64,000 nt of DNA, taken from positions 25,350-89,349 of the forward strand of contig JBBREP010000001.1 in assembly GCA_038202885.1 (NCBI GenBank), read 5' to 3'. This stretch comes from Acidimicrobiia bacterium. Lineage in GTDB: Bacteria > Actinomycetota > Acidimicrobiia > IMCC26256 > PALSA-610. Positions 1 to 10,094 of the stretch are shown one piece after another (within the stretch, counting starts at the first letter, position 1; each line of letters starts with the position of its first letter). Under the pieces are notes generated by a model that worked only from the letters and a program-made list of their open reading frames with translations, had not been told where the DNA came from and searched no databases. Position numbers and translations under genes: made by a program.

Positions 1-263
1 GCGGGCTGACCGTCCTTGAACACGATGAGCGTCGGGATGCTGAGCACCTCGTAGCGCCGCGCGGTCTCGGGGTTGTCGTCGACGTTGAGTTTGGCGATCG
101 ACAATTTACCGGCGTGCTCCTTGGCGATGTCCTCGAGCACCGGGGCGATCATCTTGCACGGACCGCACCACTCGGCCCAGAAGTCGACGACGACCGCGGC
201 GTCGCTGGCGCCGACCGATTCGTCGAAGGTGGAGTCGGAGAGAGTGAGAATGCCTTCAGCCAT
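1..263 (-). CDS. trxA: Thioredoxin (3' end cut by window edge)
   Basis: Reverse translation from ATG at 263 gives MAEGILTLSDSTFDES...VDFWAEWCGPCKMIAPVLEDIA with the canonical WCGPC active site. It lies directly downstream of trxB. Confidence 0.9.
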   Translation of the reverse strand, partial: MAEGILTLSDSTFDESVGASDAAVVVDFWAEWCGPCKMIAPVLEDIAKEHAGKLSIAKLNVDDNPETARRYEVLSIPTLIVFKDGQP

Positions 264-320
264 GATGTATCGGTTCTTCCTGTCGGCGTCTCGCGTCGAT
301 GCGAGACGCAAGTGCGATTG

Positions 321-1250
321 TCAGTGCGCCCCGAGCGAGTCGATGTATCGCTCGGCTTCGAGTGCCGCCATGCAGCCCGAGCCGGCCGCGGTGATCGCCT
401 GGCGGTACACGTGGTCCTGCACGTCGCCAGCGGCGAACACCCCGGGGACATTCGTGCGGGTCGAGCCGGGCTCGGTGAGGATGTAGCCGGCATCGTCGAG
501 CGTGAGCTTGCCTTCGAACAACGCGGTGTTCGGGATGTGGCCGATGGCCATGAACACCGCCGAGACGGGGATCTCGCGTTCCATGCCGGTTTCGGTGTCG
601 CGCAGGCGAGTGCCCGTCACCTTGCCGTCACCAATGATGTCGATGACCTCGCTGTTCCACGCAAACTCGATCTTGGGGTTTGCAAAGGCGCGGTCTTGCA
701 TGATCTTGGATGCGCGCAGTTCCTTGCGGCGATGCACCACGGTGACCTTGGAGGCGAAGCGGGTGAGGAAGTTCGCTTCTTCGATGGCGGAGTCGCCACC
801 ACCGACAACCGCGATCGGAACGTCGCGAAAGAAGAAGCCGTCGCAGGTCGCGCAGGTCGAGACCCCGTGTCCGAGGAGCTGCGATTCGCTCGGCAGCCCG
901 AGCATCTGTGCGCGCGCCCCTGTCGAGATGATCATCGACCGACCGCTGTAGGTGTCCGGGCCAACGCTCACCGTGAATGGGGACTCGAGGCGGACGGCGT
1001 CGGCGTCGGCGGTGATGAACTCGGCGCCAAACCGCTCCGCCTGGGCGCGGAAGTGCGTCATCAGCTCGGGCCCCATGATGCCATCAGGGAATCCGGGATA
1101 GTTCTCGACCTCGGTGGTCAGCATGAGTTGCCCGCCCGCACCGATGCCTTCGATCACGACCGGGTGCAAGTTGGCCCGCGCGGTGTAGATCGCGGCAGTG
1201 AGACCGGCAGGTCCCGAACCGACGATCACGACGTCGCGCGCGTCGCTCAC
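321..1250 (-). CDS. trxB: Thioredoxin-disulfide reductase
   Basis: 309-aa ORF with a GTG start. It has the FAD motif [13 protein letters not shown] and the redox-active CATCDG. It is paired with trxA. Confidence 0.93.
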   Translation of the reverse strand: MSDARDVVIVGSGPAGLTAAIYTARANLHPVVIEGIGAGGQLMLTTEVENYPGFPDGIMGPELMTHFRAQAERFGAEFITADADAVRLESPFTVSVGPDTYSGRSMIISTGARAQMLGLPSESQLLGHGVSTCATCDGFFFRDVPIAVVGGGDSAIEEANFLTRFASKVTVVHRRKELRASKIMQDRAFANPKIEFAWNSEVIDIIGDGKVTGTRLRDTETGMEREIPVSAVFMAIGHIPNTALFEGKLTLDDAGYILTEPGSTRTNVPGVFAAGDVQDHVYRQAITAAGSGCMAALEAERYIDSLGAH

Positions 1251-1308
1251 CGCTGGCCCCGTCCGCGCGCTGGCCTTCGGGTGACGGGGTACCGATCGCT
1301 ACTGCAGT

Positions 1309-1608
1309 TCATGTCTGGGCCTTTCGCTTCGCCCACACGAACGCTCCAGCACCCAAACAGATTCCCCCGAGGACCATCCATGCCATCCAGGTGTTGTCAT
1401 TCGGGTCCGGCAGGGTGTTGAACGCGGCCACCAGGGCCCGGAAGGCCACGATCACGACGATCACGACGGCGGTCAGGACAAAGAACGACCCGAGCAGGCC
1501 GTAGACGACGATCCGTGTGATGCGGTGAGCGGGATCCACGGTGCGTTCGCGTACGTTCGCGACGGTCCGTTCGATGAGGTCGGCCGTTTCCGATGCCCAA
1601 TCCGCCAT
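1309..1608 (-). CDS. Small membrane protein, unknown function
   Basis: 99 aa from ATG 1608 (MADWASET...). Two hydrophobic helices are present (IVVYGLLGSFFVLTAVVIVVIVAF and WMAWMVLGGICLGAGAFVWA). The upstream part of the 146-aa ORF looks non-coding. Confidence 0.5.
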   Translation of the reverse strand: MADWASETADLIERTVANVRERTVDPAHRITRIVVYGLLGSFFVLTAVVIVVIVAFRALVAAFNTLPDPNDNTWMAWMVLGGICLGAGAFVWAKRKAQT

Positions 1609-1694
1609 GGTGTTTCGGTCCTCCACGCAGCAAAGTAGGCGCAGCGTACCCCCGAGTTTGTGGCCAACGCCTTGCCGGGTGGGGCGCGGCGTGC

Positions 1695-2531
1695 TCAGCT
1701 GCCGGTGTAGAAGACGGCAATCGTGCAATTGGAAGGGCGGAAGCCCCACAGCACGACGGCGCCGTTGAGAGCACCGCGAGCGATCGTGATCGTTTCGCCG
1801 TGCCAGCGCGCCGTTGCGACGATCCGCAACCCGGTCGATCCCGAGGCCTCAGGCAGGTCGGCCAGGCAGCGCTGCGGGTTGGCGGCCTCGGTCAGGTTGA
1901 ACCGGTCGGACAAGGGACTCGGTTTTTTGCCGTCGACTGAGCGCTGCGTACTCGGCTGGCCCGACGCGGTCGTTGTGACGCTGTAGCTCTGTTCGGCGTT
2001 CGTGGTCGCCGGCGCAGGCGCAGGCGCGTGCGCGATCCCGAGCCGCTGCGCGATGTCGCGGCCGTCGGCCACATCGCCGAGGTCGCGCGGGGCAACGGTC
2101 GTGGTCGTGGCAGTGGCGGCGGCCGACGGGCCGGCCGCCGTCGACTTGGCGGAATCGTGGCGTCGGAGCGACGTGGCGGCAATCGCGACCAGTGCCACAG
2201 CTGCTGCTGCCGCCACAACGGCGAGCACGGGCCGTAACCGTGTGGCCGAGCGGGGCCGGGCGAATCGTGCGACGGTGGCGCCGACGATCCGGCGCCGGTC
2301 GAGTTCGTCCAACGCATCGGTGTCGTCGGTGGTCCCAACCGCGGCACGGGCGCCGTCGAGTTGTCGGCGGCGTGGGCCGTAGGCCGCGAGGGCGTCGCGC
2401 GCGTCGGCGATCGGCACGCCGAGGTCCTCGCACGCAGCGTCGAGTTCACCGTCGAGGTCGGCCGAGCACAGCTCGTCGAGTAATTCGGGCGACAGGATCG
2501 GGGTGGGCGGGCGCGGGTCGTCGTTACTCAT
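1695..2531 (-). CDS. Putative anti-sigma factor (single-pass membrane protein)
   Basis: ATG 2531 overlaps the sigma gene stop (ATGA at 2528-2531). It has a short cytoplasmic N-terminus, one TM helix (VLAVVAAAAAVALVAIAA), an Ala/Thr/Pro linker and a C-terminal external domain. Its position matches anti-SigM in mycobacteria. Confidence 0.6.
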   Translation of the reverse strand: MSNDDPRPPTPILSPELLDELCSADLDGELDAACEDLGVPIADARDALAAYGPRRRQLDGARAAVGTTDDTDALDELDRRRIVGATVARFARPRSATRLRPVLAVVAAAAAVALVAIAATSLRRHDSAKSTAAGPSAAATATTTTVAPRDLGDVADGRDIAQRLGIAHAPAPAPATTNAEQSYSVTTTASGQPSTQRSVDGKKPSPLSDRFNLTEAANPQRCLADLPEASGSTGLRIVATARWHGETITIARGALNGAVVLWGFRPSNCTIAVFYTGS

Positions 2532-3130
2532 GATGTACCGGTAGGGCGATCGGACCCCTCGGTTTGGTTCCCGAGTGTGTCGGCAAGCTTGGAACGCCCG
2601 CGAGCGATACGCGACCGAACCGTTCCGATGGGGATATCGAGCACGCGGGCGATCTCGGCGTAGTCGAGCCCGACCAGATCGCGCAGCGCTACTGCAGCGC
2701 GGTAGTCGGGCGCCAGTTCGAGCAGTGCGGCATCGAGCACGAGACGATCGGTGACCGAGGTGGCCAGATCCGCCGCGCCGGCGACCGCAGCCGGCACCGC
2801 GTCGACCGCGTCGACCGGTTCGGGACGCCGCCGCAGTCGGCGCGCCTCGTCGAGGGCCGCGTTGGTGGCGACGCGGTACATCCAGGTCGTGAACTGCGCC
2901 CGACCGTCGTAGCGTCCGATGCCGCGGGTAATGGCCAGCAGCGCTTCCTGTGCCGCGTCGCGCGCGTCCTCGCGGTTGACGAGCACGCGCCGACACACCG
3001 CGTACACCCGGTCGGCGTGACGGTCGAGCAACACCTCGAGGGCTCGGCGATCACCGTGCGCTGCCGCGCGCGCCAAGTCGCCGTCGCTCCGCCCACCAGA
3101 TCGCGCCACCCCCACAGCGTCGCGCGGCAA
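2528..3130 (-). CDS. ECF-type RNA polymerase sigma factor (SigM-like by synteny with trxB/trxA)
   Basis: The 200-aa ORF has a region 2 (DARDAAQEALLAITRGIGRYDGRAQFTTWMYRVATNAALD) and a region 4 HTH (LDYAEIARVLDIPIGTVRSRIARGR). The start codon is uncertain (TTG at 3130 or an internal GTG). Confidence 0.85.
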   Translation of the reverse strand: MPRDAVGVARSGGRSDGDLARAAAHGDRRALEVLLDRHADRVYAVCRRVLVNREDARDAAQEALLAITRGIGRYDGRAQFTTWMYRVATNAALDEARRLRRRPEPVDAVDAVPAAVAGAADLATSVTDRLVLDAALLELAPDYRAAVALRDLVGLDYAEIARVLDIPIGTVRSRIARGRSKLADTLGNQTEGSDRPTGTS

Positions 3131-3967
3131 CTACTGCTTCTCGTACCAGACGAGGCCAATGACGCCAGGGCCGGTGTGCACGCCGACCACGGGGCCGATG
3201 AGGCCGACAAGTAGCTCCTCGCGCGGGGCGAGCGGTTCGACCATGGCGCAGAATTCGTCGAGATCGGTGGCCTGTGCGTGCAGCACGCACAGGTCCTCGA
3301 CCGGCGACTCCTTCGCCTTGTCGATGAGGAACCGCAGCGCTTTCGAACGGGTCCGCACCTTGCCGGCCGCCTCAACAACGCCGTTGTGCATCGTCATGAT
3401 CGGCTTGATCGACAGCACCGAACCGAGGAAGGCCTGCGCGCCGCCGATGCGGCCGCCCCGTCGGAGGTACTCGAGCGTGTCGACGGTGAACAGCACGCGG
3501 GTGCGGCTGCGCCGAGCTTCGGTTTCGGCGACGATGGCCTGAAGGTCGGCGCCGTCACGCGCCATCTTGGCCGCGTGGAGCACCTGCAATCCGATGCCCA
3601 TCGACGCGCTCTCGGAGTCGATGACGACGATCGGACAGGCACCATCCATCCGGTCGGCAGCAATCTGTGCCGACTGCATCGTGGCCGACATCTTCGACGA
3701 GATGTTGATGCACACAATGCCGTCGGCACCCGTGTCGGCCAGCGACTGGAACGTTTCTTGGAACGCACCCACCGACGGCGCCGAGGTCTCGGGAAGCGCC
3801 GTTGCCGCACGCAGGCGGGGCCAGAACTGCTCGGTCGTGAGCTCCTTGCGGTCGAGGAGTTCCTCGTCACCGAAGCGCACGGTGAGCGGGACGACGTCGA
3901 TGCCGAATTCGTCGCACAGCGGTTGCGGAAGATCGCAAGCACTGTCGGTCACGATTCGAATTGCCAT
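3131..3967 (-). CDS. DegV family fatty-acid-binding protein
   Basis: From ATG 3967 the sequence reads MAIRIVTDSACDLPQPLCDEFGIDVVPLTVRFGDEE, a typical DegV N-terminus. About 278 aa. Confidence 0.85.
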   Translation of the reverse strand: MAIRIVTDSACDLPQPLCDEFGIDVVPLTVRFGDEELLDRKELTTEQFWPRLRAATALPETSAPSVGAFQETFQSLADTGADGIVCINISSKMSATMQSAQIAADRMDGACPIVVIDSESASMGIGLQVLHAAKMARDGADLQAIVAETEARRSRTRVLFTVDTLEYLRRGGRIGGAQAFLGSVLSIKPIMTMHNGVVEAAGKVRTRSKALRFLIDKAKESPVEDLCVLHAQATDLDEFCAMVEPLAPREELLVGLIGPVVGVHTGPGVIGLVWYEKQ

Positions 3968-4073
3968 GCGTGCACTCCACCCTTCGTCGGCCGGCCCGTC
4001 GCTGTGCAGGTCCGCGCGGAACCTGCCCATCCGAGGCGTTGACGCTCGTTGGACATCGAGCGTCGACGCATCG

Positions 4074-5684
4074 TTACACGCGCGGAGCCCCAGATTTGCG
4101 CATCAACGAGGTGAGGCCCCCAAGTTCGGGGGTCCGCAGCCCCCACAGCACGAATGTGTACACCACACCCGCGATCGCGATCGCGAGCACAGTGGGCGCG
4201 ATCGCACCACCGGCGACGCGGCCGATGGCCAGTGCGGCGAGTGTTGCCAGTGTGGCTGCGGCGATGGTGCGCGCGGTCAGCGAGCCGACAGGGGCAAGGG
4301 GGAAGCCGCCCAGTCGGCGATAGAGCAAGATCATGGCGATCAGTGCGGCGAGCGCATACGCGAGCGCGAACGCCAGCGCCAGTCCGCGCACGCCGAAGTG
4401 GGGGTAGAGCACGAGCGCGAGGATGACGTTGGCGCCGTTTTCGACGCAGTTGACGATGAACGGCGTTCGGGCGTCCGACATCGAATAGAACGCGCGCAGC
4501 GTATAGAGATACGCCGAGAACGCCACGAGGCCGACGGCGAATCCCGACACAGCGCGCGCGGTGTCGGAAATCGCGGCCGAGCTGAAGGTGCCGTGGTGCA
4601 GCACCGGATCGATGATGGGCCGAGCGAGCGCGATGAGGAGCGCCGCGGCAGGCACAGTCGCAAGCAGGAGATAGCGCAGCCCGAGCGTGTACTCGCGCCG
4701 CAACGTGGGCAGATCACGCTCGCGAGCCGCCGTCGCGAGTTGCGGTGCGATCGCCGTCATGATCGACACCGCAATGAGTCCGTGCGGCAGTTGGAAGAAT
4801 GTGTAGGCGTACGTGTATTCGGCGAACACGCCGTTGCGGTTGCGGCTCAACGCAACGACGAATGCAAACGCGAGTTGGTTTGCGACGACGTAGCCGACCG
4901 TCCAACCCGACATGCGGGCGATGCGCGTCACCGCTCGATGCCGCCACGCGAACGTGATTCTCGTGTGCACGCCCGCGTGGTGCAACGCGGGAATGAGCAC
5001 CGCGGCCATCGCGACAATTCCCGCCGTCGTGCCCACGCCAAGCGCGAACACCACACTGTGATTGTGGGCCGCGTGGTCGAGGCAGGCGTCGAAGGCGTCG
5101 CTGCGCTTCGTGCGACACGATGGCAGCGATGGGCGCACCGCGAGCAACACGATCACGACGACGACGTTGTTCAAGACGGGAGCGAACGCTGCCGCGGTGA
5201 AGCGTCGACGAGCATTGAGCGCGGCCGTTGCGAGCGCGGTGTACGCGTAGAAGATCATCTGCGGCAAGAACAACGCCACGAGCAGCGTGCCGACCGATTC
5301 CGCTTGGGCGCGCTGCGCCGGCGGAACGCGGCTTGACAGCGCCGCGGTGATCGCAGGCGCCAACAGCATCGCGATGCCGGTGAGCAACAGCACCGCGGTG
5401 AGCGCGACCGTGAAGATCGCGTTCGTCGCGGAGTCGTCGTGCTCGGCGTGGGCATCGACGAACACCGGCACGAGCGCCGCGGTCAGCACGCCCCCAAGGA
5501 GCAGTTCGTACACGATGTTGGGTGTGGAGTTCGCGACGTTGTAGGTGTCGGCGAGGCCCGCCGCGCCCAGCACCGACGCGGTGATCGCGACGCGCACAAC
5601 GCCGGTGATACGCGACGCCATGGTGCCCGCGCCCACAATGGCCGAACGGCGCGCGAGCCGTTGTGTTGCGTCGATGTCGCTCAC
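4074..5684 (-). CDS. murJ: Lipid II flippase MurJ/MviN
   Basis: Polytopic protein whose N-terminal motif RSAIVGAGTMASRITGVVRVAITASVLGAAGLADTYNVANSTPNIVYELLLGGVL is typical of MurJ. The GTG at 5684 overlaps the upstream stop (GTGA). The ORF could nominally extend to 5762. Confidence 0.85.
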   Translation of the reverse strand: MSDIDATQRLARRSAIVGAGTMASRITGVVRVAITASVLGAAGLADTYNVANSTPNIVYELLLGGVLTAALVPVFVDAHAEHDDSATNAIFTVALTAVLLLTGIAMLLAPAITAALSSRVPPAQRAQAESVGTLLVALFLPQMIFYAYTALATAALNARRRFTAAAFAPVLNNVVVVIVLLAVRPSLPSCRTKRSDAFDACLDHAAHNHSVVFALGVGTTAGIVAMAAVLIPALHHAGVHTRITFAWRHRAVTRIARMSGWTVGYVVANQLAFAFVVALSRNRNGVFAEYTYAYTFFQLPHGLIAVSIMTAIAPQLATAARERDLPTLRREYTLGLRYLLLATVPAAALLIALARPIIDPVLHHGTFSSAAISDTARAVSGFAVGLVAFSAYLYTLRAFYSMSDARTPFIVNCVENGANVILALVLYPHFGVRGLALAFALAYALAALIAMILLYRRLGGFPLAPVGSLTARTIAAATLATLAALAIGRVAGGAIAPTVLAIAIAGVVYTFVLWGLRTPELGGLTSLMRKSGAPRV

Positions 5685-7807
5685 TCGGCGGCCCTGCGGC
5701 GCCGGAACACGTGATGGGCCCACCACAGCGCGAGAAACGCGAGCGCGCCATAGGTGAGCCACGTACCGAACGAGCCGAAGACCCTGGAGTTGACCGTGAC
5801 GCGCGCGGGCTGACCGATCGGAAGCCCGCCCTTGATCGACGTCATCAACACCGACACCACAAAGCGGCCCGACGTTTTTACGTGCACGGCGAGACTCGCG
5901 GTGTGATTGCCCGTCGCGGGCAACGTGACGTCTTCGCTGCGGTGCACCTGATCGAGTTTGTTGCTGAGAAGCCGCACGCGGATGCGCACGGCATGGCCGG
6001 TGTCGTTCGTGAACGTGATGGGGATGCTCGTATTCGCGGCCGTGACCGTGACGCTGCGCGCCGACGCGTGAATACCGGCGCTGAAATCGGTGACCATCGT
6101 GTCGATGACGCCGAGGCGCCGCAACACGTCGCTGGGATCGGCGAGGGCCGACATCGATACGAGCAGCGACCGCTGCGATGCTGCGAGCTGTTCGTCGGGC
6201 GGACCGACGAGAAGACTCTCATAGCCCAGGAGCGAGCGAGCCGTTGCCTGAAGTGCTGCGGTCGGCACCGCGAACGGGCGCGGCGTGCGGCGTGCGAACT
6301 GGCGAACGAGGGGCCCTCCGCTGCCGTCGTTGCCGCGGGTGACCTCGGCGAAACTGTCGGAGAGCGTCGTGGCGTGCAGCAGCGGGTCGTCGTGCAGCGC
6401 CCGAGCGAAGGCAACGATCATCGCCCGGTCTGGCTCCCACTCCGACGCCGACGCGAGCACGACACCGGTGCGGCGCTGCGGTTGGTCGTATGCGAGCAAC
6501 GCCGTCGCGGCGATGAAGCGTTGCATGCGCAACGGTGCGGCGTCGCGTCCGCGTAGCAACCCCGAGAGAAACGAGTCGTCGGTGAGCACGCTGATCGGTG
6601 AACCAGCGACGGTGACCCGTTGATGTTCGAGGGCGGCGTCAACTGGTTCGAGTTCAGTGTCGCGCAGCCCGAGTTGTTCGACGCCGAGGCCCCGGAGCTG
6701 CTGCATGGTTGCGGCGTCGGAGTGATCGAGCCACGCAGTCGAGCGTTCGGGGAACACGCCGACCGCGTTGTGCACCGCAGCTGATTCGAGCGCGAACGCG
6801 TCGTGCACACTGTTGGGGAAACCCGCGTCGTTCACTGCTTTGACGTCGAGTGGTACCCACGGCGACAGCACGAACTGTGGGTCGACGCGTCGCACGGCAC
6901 CCTGAAAATTGGAGAAGGCCCGTGCGGTTCCCGGGTCGTGTTGTGCGGTCGCGCGCCAGGCCGTAAGTGTTTCACCCGACGCCGCGACGGTGATCGGCAT
7001 TGAGCCGGCCGCGTCAAGGGCTGCGGCAACTCGGGCGAGTCGCCCATGTTCGGCGAAAGCGTTGCGCGTCCGGTCGGTCAACGCGCCGTCGACGCCGAGG
7101 GGCGACGTCGCGACCTGCCACACCCAAGTGACGTTGACTCCGACAGGTTGCGCACCTGAGACCGCGACGACCCAGGTGACGAACGAGTCGACCATCGGAC
7201 AATTGATGCACTGCACGAGCGGTGCGGCGTTGGCGAGCGGGCGACAGGTGGCACAGCGCACGAGGTGAACGTCGAGTGCGTAGACGCCGGCTTGGATGAG
7301 CTTCAAGGTGCGTGCGAGCGGTCGCTCGCCCCGCTGTTGCAGCGGAAACGAGATCCGCAGGCTGCCGTCGGAGTCGGTGGGAATCTGCGTGAGATCGGCG
7401 GTGACGGGAGTGTCGTCGAGATGCCGTGGGAGCTCGTCGTTCGTGATGGCGTCGTCGAACGCCAGGCTGCTGGGTGTTGCCTCGTGGAGCGCGACTTGTA
7501 CGGCCGCGCGGCTCGGCGCGTTCGCCACGTGCACCCGCAACACGAGCGCGGGCGCGCCGAGTTGGAGCAACGGTTGCTGGCGTACGAGCGCGATCGACGG
7601 CGCACCCGGCTTCGCGGTCGACGACGCCGTCCCGGGGGCCGCGGTGGCACTTGTTGTCGTGGTCGGGGTCGAGGCCGCGGATTCGGCGGCCGCGCCAGCG
7701 TCGGGCGCGACCACGCCCATGGCGACACTCGCGGCGAGCAACAGCGCGACGCAGAGCAACGCAGTGGCTGAGCAGCACGCGCGCCACTGGGTTCGAGGAG
7801 GGGTCAC
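5681..7807 (-). CDS. Large secreted, C-terminally anchored protein of unknown function (Rv3909-like position upstream of murJ)
   Basis: 708 aa with a GTG start. It has an N-terminal signal/TM segment (ALLCVALLLAASVAMG) and a C-terminal TM segment (WLTYGALAFLALWWAHHVF). It is translationally coupled to murJ. Confidence 0.6.
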   Translation of the reverse strand: MTPPRTQWRACCSATALLCVALLLAASVAMGVVAPDAGAAAESAASTPTTTTSATAAPGTASSTAKPGAPSIALVRQQPLLQLGAPALVLRVHVANAPSRAAVQVALHEATPSSLAFDDAITNDELPRHLDDTPVTADLTQIPTDSDGSLRISFPLQQRGERPLARTLKLIQAGVYALDVHLVRCATCRPLANAAPLVQCINCPMVDSFVTWVVAVSGAQPVGVNVTWVWQVATSPLGVDGALTDRTRNAFAEHGRLARVAAALDAAGSMPITVAASGETLTAWRATAQHDPGTARAFSNFQGAVRRVDPQFVLSPWVPLDVKAVNDAGFPNSVHDAFALESAAVHNAVGVFPERSTAWLDHSDAATMQQLRGLGVEQLGLRDTELEPVDAALEHQRVTVAGSPISVLTDDSFLSGLLRGRDAAPLRMQRFIAATALLAYDQPQRRTGVVLASASEWEPDRAMIVAFARALHDDPLLHATTLSDSFAEVTRGNDGSGGPLVRQFARRTPRPFAVPTAALQATARSLLGYESLLVGPPDEQLAASQRSLLVSMSALADPSDVLRRLGVIDTMVTDFSAGIHASARSVTVTAANTSIPITFTNDTGHAVRIRVRLLSNKLDQVHRSEDVTLPATGNHTASLAVHVKTSGRFVVSVLMTSIKGGLPIGQPARVTVNSRVFGSFGTWLTYGALAFLALWWAHHVFRRRRAAE

Positions 7808-7856
7808 CGCCGTGTCAGCGTAGGCGCCGCCTCCGGAGGAGGATTACCGTTGCGGT

Positions 7857-8861
7857 GTGCTCCTCCTCGGTATCGATGATCGCTTCCATGAGCACGACAC
7901 CGGAGCCGGTCACCCGGAGCAGTCGGCACGCTTGCACGCAGTCACCGCCGGCCTCGAGCACGCCGACGCGCTGCGAGACCCGCTCGCCCGGATCGGACTG
8001 CGCACCGCATCACGCGCCGAATTGGAACGGGTACACACGCCCGGGTATCTCGATGAGCTCGAGCGGCGCTGCCGAGCCGGCGGCGGGCACCTCGATGGCG
8101 ACACGGTGGCGTCGCAAGGTTCCTGGGACGCGGCCACGCTCGCCGCCGGCGCGGGGATCGCTGCGGTCGAGGCCTTGCAGGCCGGTCTGGGCGACGCCGC
8201 ATTTCTGGCCGTGCGCCCGCCCGGGCACCATGCGGTGCCCGCGAACGCGATGGGATTTTGTTTGCTCAACAATGTCGCCGTCACCGCCGCGGCGCTCGTT
8301 GCGGCTGGCCAACGGGTACTGGTGCTCGACTGGGATGCGCACCACGGCAACGGCACCCAGGACATCTTCTATGCGTCGTCGGAAGTGCTCTACGTGTCGC
8401 TGCACGAATGGCCGCTCTACCCGGGTACGGGTCGGGCGACCGAGATCGGCACCGGCGCGGGGACGGGAACGACCGTGAATGTGCCGCTTCCGGCCGGGGC
8501 GACCGGCGACGTGTACTTGGAGGCCCTCGACACGCTGGTCGTGCCCGTCGTGGAGCGCTTCGCTCCCGACTGGGTGCTGGTGTCGGCCGGCTACGACGCG
8601 CACCGCGCCGACCCGCTCACCGGCCTCGATCTCTCCTCGGGCGACTTTGCCGACCTGACCGCCCGGGCCGCGAAGCTGGCGCCGGCTCCCGGACGGGTTG
8701 TCGTCTTCCTCGAGGGCGGCTACGACCTCGATGCGCTGCGGGCCGGGGTCGAGGCCACGAGTTCGACGCTCGAGGGCCATCCGAGCCGGCCCGAAGCGGC
8801 CACCTCAGGCGGCCCCGGCCACCAGGCCATCGCGACCGCCCGCGAGGTCCACGGCGTCTGA
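7857..8861 (+). CDS. Histone deacetylase-family (AcuC/acetylpolyamine amidohydrolase-like) deacetylase
   Basis: Motifs RPPGHHA, DWDAHHGNGTQDIF and YVSLH are present. A GGAGGAGG RBS lies upstream of GTG 7857. Confidence 0.85.
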   Translation: MLLLGIDDRFHEHDTGAGHPEQSARLHAVTAGLEHADALRDPLARIGLRTASRAELERVHTPGYLDELERRCRAGGGHLDGDTVASQGSWDAATLAAGAGIAAVEALQAGLGDAAFLAVRPPGHHAVPANAMGFCLLNNVAVTAAALVAAGQRVLVLDWDAHHGNGTQDIFYASSEVLYVSLHEWPLYPGTGRATEIGTGAGTGTTVNVPLPAGATGDVYLEALDTLVVPVVERFAPDWVLVSAGYDAHRADPLTGLDLSSGDFADLTARAAKLAPAPGRVVVFLEGGYDLDALRAGVEATSSTLEGHPSRPEAATSGGPGHQAIATAREVHGV

Positions 8862-8870
8862 CGCCACGCA

Positions 8871-8916
8871 CACCGGGCCGCAGGCGCCTACATCACCGGG
8901 CCGCAGGCGCTGTAGT
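8871..8916. repeat. 23-bp tandem direct repeat (2 units) upstream of pilT
   Basis: CACCGGGCCGCAGGCGCCTACAT followed by CACCGGGCCGCAGGCGCTGTAGT. The first 17 nt are identical. Intergenic. Confidence 0.85.
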
Positions 8917-8951
8917 GCGGGCGCCGATCTGCCGAGAATGTCGTAGCGGAG

Positions 8952-10043
8952 GTGATCGTGCTCGATCTTGATGAAGTACTGCGCGTGGCCGTCGCGCGCG
9001 ACGCGTCAGACATCCATATCAAAGTCGGTTCGCCGCCGATCGTGCGCGTCGACGGCCATCTCGACCGTCTCGACGGGCCGGCCGTGACGCCCGCGGAGAC
9101 CGAGCGGATCGCATTCGCGATCATGCCGAAGCCACGCGCCGAGGAGTTCCTCGCGGTGAGCGAGGCCGACTTCGCCTATTCGGTCGCGGGACTCGGTCGT
9201 TTCCGCGTCAACGTGCTGCGCCAACGGGGCGCGGTCGGCCTCGTGCTTCGTCGAGTCCAATCGTCGATCGCCTCGTTCGAGGATCTCGGTCTGCCGCAGG
9301 TCGTGCGCAGGCTCGCGGAGAACTCTCGTGGGCTCGTGTTGGTGACGGGCCCGACCGGTTCGGGCAAGACGACCACCCTCGCCGCGATGATCGATCACAT
9401 CAACTCGACCGCGTCGCGACACATCGTGACGATCGAGGACCCCATCGAGGTGTTGCACGCCGACAAGCGCTCGATCATCAATCAGCGCGAGATCGGGACC
9501 GACACGGCCGACTTCCACTCCGCGCTCAAGCGGGTGTTGCGCCAGGACCCCGATGTGATCCTGATCGGTGAGATGCGTGACTCCGACACCGTGCGTACCG
9601 CGCTGTCGGCCGCCGAGACGGGGCACCTTGTGTTCTCGACGCTGCACACGATCAACGCGACCGAAACGATCTCGCGGATCATCGACTTCTTCCCCCCGTA
9701 TGAACAACGTCAGGTACGCATGGCGCTCGCGGGCTCGTTGCGAGGGGTTGTGAGCCAGCGCTTGGTGGAGTGCCGCACCGGAGGACGCGTCGCCGCGATC
9801 GAGGTGCTCGTCGCGACGGGTCGAGTGTTCGACAAGATCGCGAATCCCGACGAGACCCACGAGATCGAGCAGATCATCGCCGACGGCGAGTACTACGGGA
9901 TGCAGACCTTCGATCAGAGCCTGCTGGCGCTCTACCAGCGTGGTGTGATCGAGCTGCGCGAGGCGATTGCAGCGTCGACCCGCCCGCACGACCTGCGCCT
10001 GATGATCGAACAACACACCTTGGCCGAGGCGGCCGGCGTATAA
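8952..10043 (+). CDS. pilT: PilT-type twitching-motility / type IV pilus retraction ATPase
   Basis: Has Walker A GPTGSGKTTTLAAMIDHIN, Walker B DVILIGEMRD and a C-terminal GMQTFDQSLLALYQRGVI. 363 aa. Confidence 0.85.
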   Translation: MIVLDLDEVLRVAVARDASDIHIKVGSPPIVRVDGHLDRLDGPAVTPAETERIAFAIMPKPRAEEFLAVSEADFAYSVAGLGRFRVNVLRQRGAVGLVLRRVQSSIASFEDLGLPQVVRRLAENSRGLVLVTGPTGSGKTTTLAAMIDHINSTASRHIVTIEDPIEVLHADKRSIINQREIGTDTADFHSALKRVLRQDPDVILIGEMRDSDTVRTALSAAETGHLVFSTLHTINATETISRIIDFFPPYEQRQVRMALAGSLRGVVSQRLVECRTGGRVAAIEVLVATGRVFDKIANPDETHEIEQIIADGEYYGMQTFDQSLLALYQRGVIELREAIAASTRPHDLRLMIEQHTLAEAAGV

Positions 10044-10094
10044 GCCGAGCTCGCCGCTGCCGCCGGAGGCGGCGCAGTAGACCAGAATGGGGCA

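Noticed and set aside
3567-5336. 589-aa plus-strand ORF, and similar long frames at 114-1421, 12204-13475, 15615-16916, 17655-18965, 41052-42506, 44918-46174, 46803-48374 and 57022-58362
   Set aside because: Each is antisense or out of frame to a gene with strong family signatures (degV/murJ, trxB, ino1, rpsF-rpsR, dnaB, pknB, rodA, pstP-fhaA, STAND). All have Arg/Gly/Asp-rich compositions with no motifs.
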